Source of the DNA: Spironucleus salmonicida
Taxonomy: Eukaryota
Assembly: GCF_000497125.1 (NCBI RefSeq)
Contig: NC_090601.1
Coordinates: 124,001 to 188,000 of the forward strand
Length of the DNA: 64,000 nt
Direction of reading: 5' to 3'
The translations under genes and the position numbers were made by a program. This document shows, in pieces, positions 62,684 to 64,000 of this stretch. Under the pieces are notes generated by a model, which worked only from the letters and a program-made list of their open reading frames with translations, was not told the DNA's origin and made no database searches. Numbering within the stretch: position 1 is the stretch's first letter; every line of letters starts with the position of its first letter.

Positions 62684-64000
62684 ATGGATAGCGAGGATGG
62701 AAGAATATTATTTTTGAAATAAAGAGTTATTTAAACTCTCAAACCTAGGGAAGAAAAATGGAATAAATTAATAGACTAATTGGATGTATATGAAACATTG
62801 TTATAATATTTTGAGTCAACAGAAGTAAATTAAATATTTATTTATTTGGATAAATAGGATAATTTACATCTAGAAAGGGAAGCTCCATCAGAGTTTAAAA
62901 AATATGCACTAGCATTTGCAAAATTTTCAGATTAAGAAAAAATTTAAATAAATAATATTAAGATGATATTTTAATAGTATACTTTAGCTTCAAAAGAAAC
63001 AATTGGTAAGTTATAATTATTATATGGACCTTTGTTTTAGTAGTTTACAGATGATTTACCTGAAAGTGTTAGGCTTACCACACATTCTACATTATCAAAG
63101 CTTTATTTATAATTGTCTAGACCAGAATAAGGGGTTGCTCCGGTATTACCAGAATTACCAGATGAAATATATAATAAAATTAGTAATAAGTACAGCAAAG
63201 TTCCTTCATTGTTTTAGACTAATATTGGTCCTGAAAGAACAGTGGAAACATAATAGTGTTTGAGAGAAGCCGAATAATACTTATTAACCTGGAATAAAAT
63301 AATACTCTAAGAAATTAATTACAATTTACTTATTCAATATCCACACGAGGAGTTATTATTTTGGTCCAGTAAGTTATCCAACTTATAAGATTTAGAGATA
63401 TAATTTGAACATATTAAAGTATTATCTCTTAAACGATTCTTAACTAATTAAAAATCACCTTTGTTAGAAGTTATAGGCAAAACATTGGATACTATGAAAA
63501 ATAAAATTACTGAATGTGATAATAATTTATTATTTCTTAAGCCCTTAGAAGAGATTTTTGCTTTACTTGAGGATATATCGCAACTATCCAAAGTTACTAA
63601 CACATTCTTTAAAGCCTGCTCAATAATTACTGAGAATTCGTTATACTATAATAATCAAGAGCGTATAAAGATGTTCTTTAGAAGTTTTATTAACTAATTA
63701 ATTAAAACTATTTAATAATTTTTAGAGTTTGATAATATTTTAAAGGCAGATCCAATAGATTCATTACCTTTGGTTAATAAAGCAATTTTACTGTGCAAAT
63801 AAATTATATAAATTTATGACATTCATTACCTATCCTCTTGGCCATTTGCAAAAGAATTATTTTAAAATTTGAACTAATTTTATAACAGATTGAATGATAT
63901 CAAAACTATGTTATAAATCTGGATAAATCTGATGAAGTTAGAAAAATTAGAAGTTGGAGGATAAAACGGAGAATTAATATTTCATTAAGTTACCTAAATT
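62684..64000 (+). CDS. Axonemal dynein heavy chain, beta/DNAH9-11-17 type, N-terminal tail (runs off the right edge)
   Basis: MDSEDGRILFLKQRVIQTLKPREEKWNKLI, EELLFW, NLLFLKPL, YYNNQERI and LEKLEVGG match the beta-type DHC_N1 pattern. In frame with track ORF 63461. Confidence 0.8.

Noticed and set aside
1-64000. Interpretation as pseudogene-rich DNA, or as bacterial/phage DNA with operons, CRISPR or IS elements
   Set aside because: The apparent stops are recoded Gln codons and the gene set is eukaryotic. No direct-repeat arrays, terminal inverted repeats, transposase or reverse transcriptase motifs were seen.

Overview
Eukaryotic, very AT-rich and gene-dense DNA with no introns needed. It reads properly only with the ciliate/hexamitid nuclear code (table 6: TAA/TAG = Gln, TGA the sole stop), so the supplied standard-code ORF track shows only fragments and antisense shadows. 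The code, the tiny intergenic spacers and the bacterial-type genes point to a hexamitid diplomonad (Spironucleus/Hexamita-like; inference). Hand re-translation gives 28 complete and 2 edge-truncated CDSs. Cytoskeletal genes: two gamma-type (DNAH5/8-like) outer-arm dynein heavy chain paralogs, one complete at 4861 aa, the 5' end of a beta-type heavy chain, kinesin-14, and CEP70-like and CFAP70-like proteins. Housekeeping genes: UFD1, Rpt4, Enhancer-of-polycomb-like, cyclophilin, INO80, RFC3, NAA20, GCN5 and EXO1. Metabolic and membrane genes: bacterial-type serine O-acetyltransferase, class 3 lipase, a truncated degenerate Fe-ADH/AdhE-like protein, a small K+-channel-like protein, two tandem alpha/beta hydrolases and a deoxynucleoside kinase. 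Several hypothetical proteins and a ~4.5 kb AT desert complete the window. No tRNA, rRNA, CRISPR array or mobile element was recognised. All homology calls come from motif recognition by eye, not database searches, and most long frames were spot-checked rather than fully scanned for TGA.
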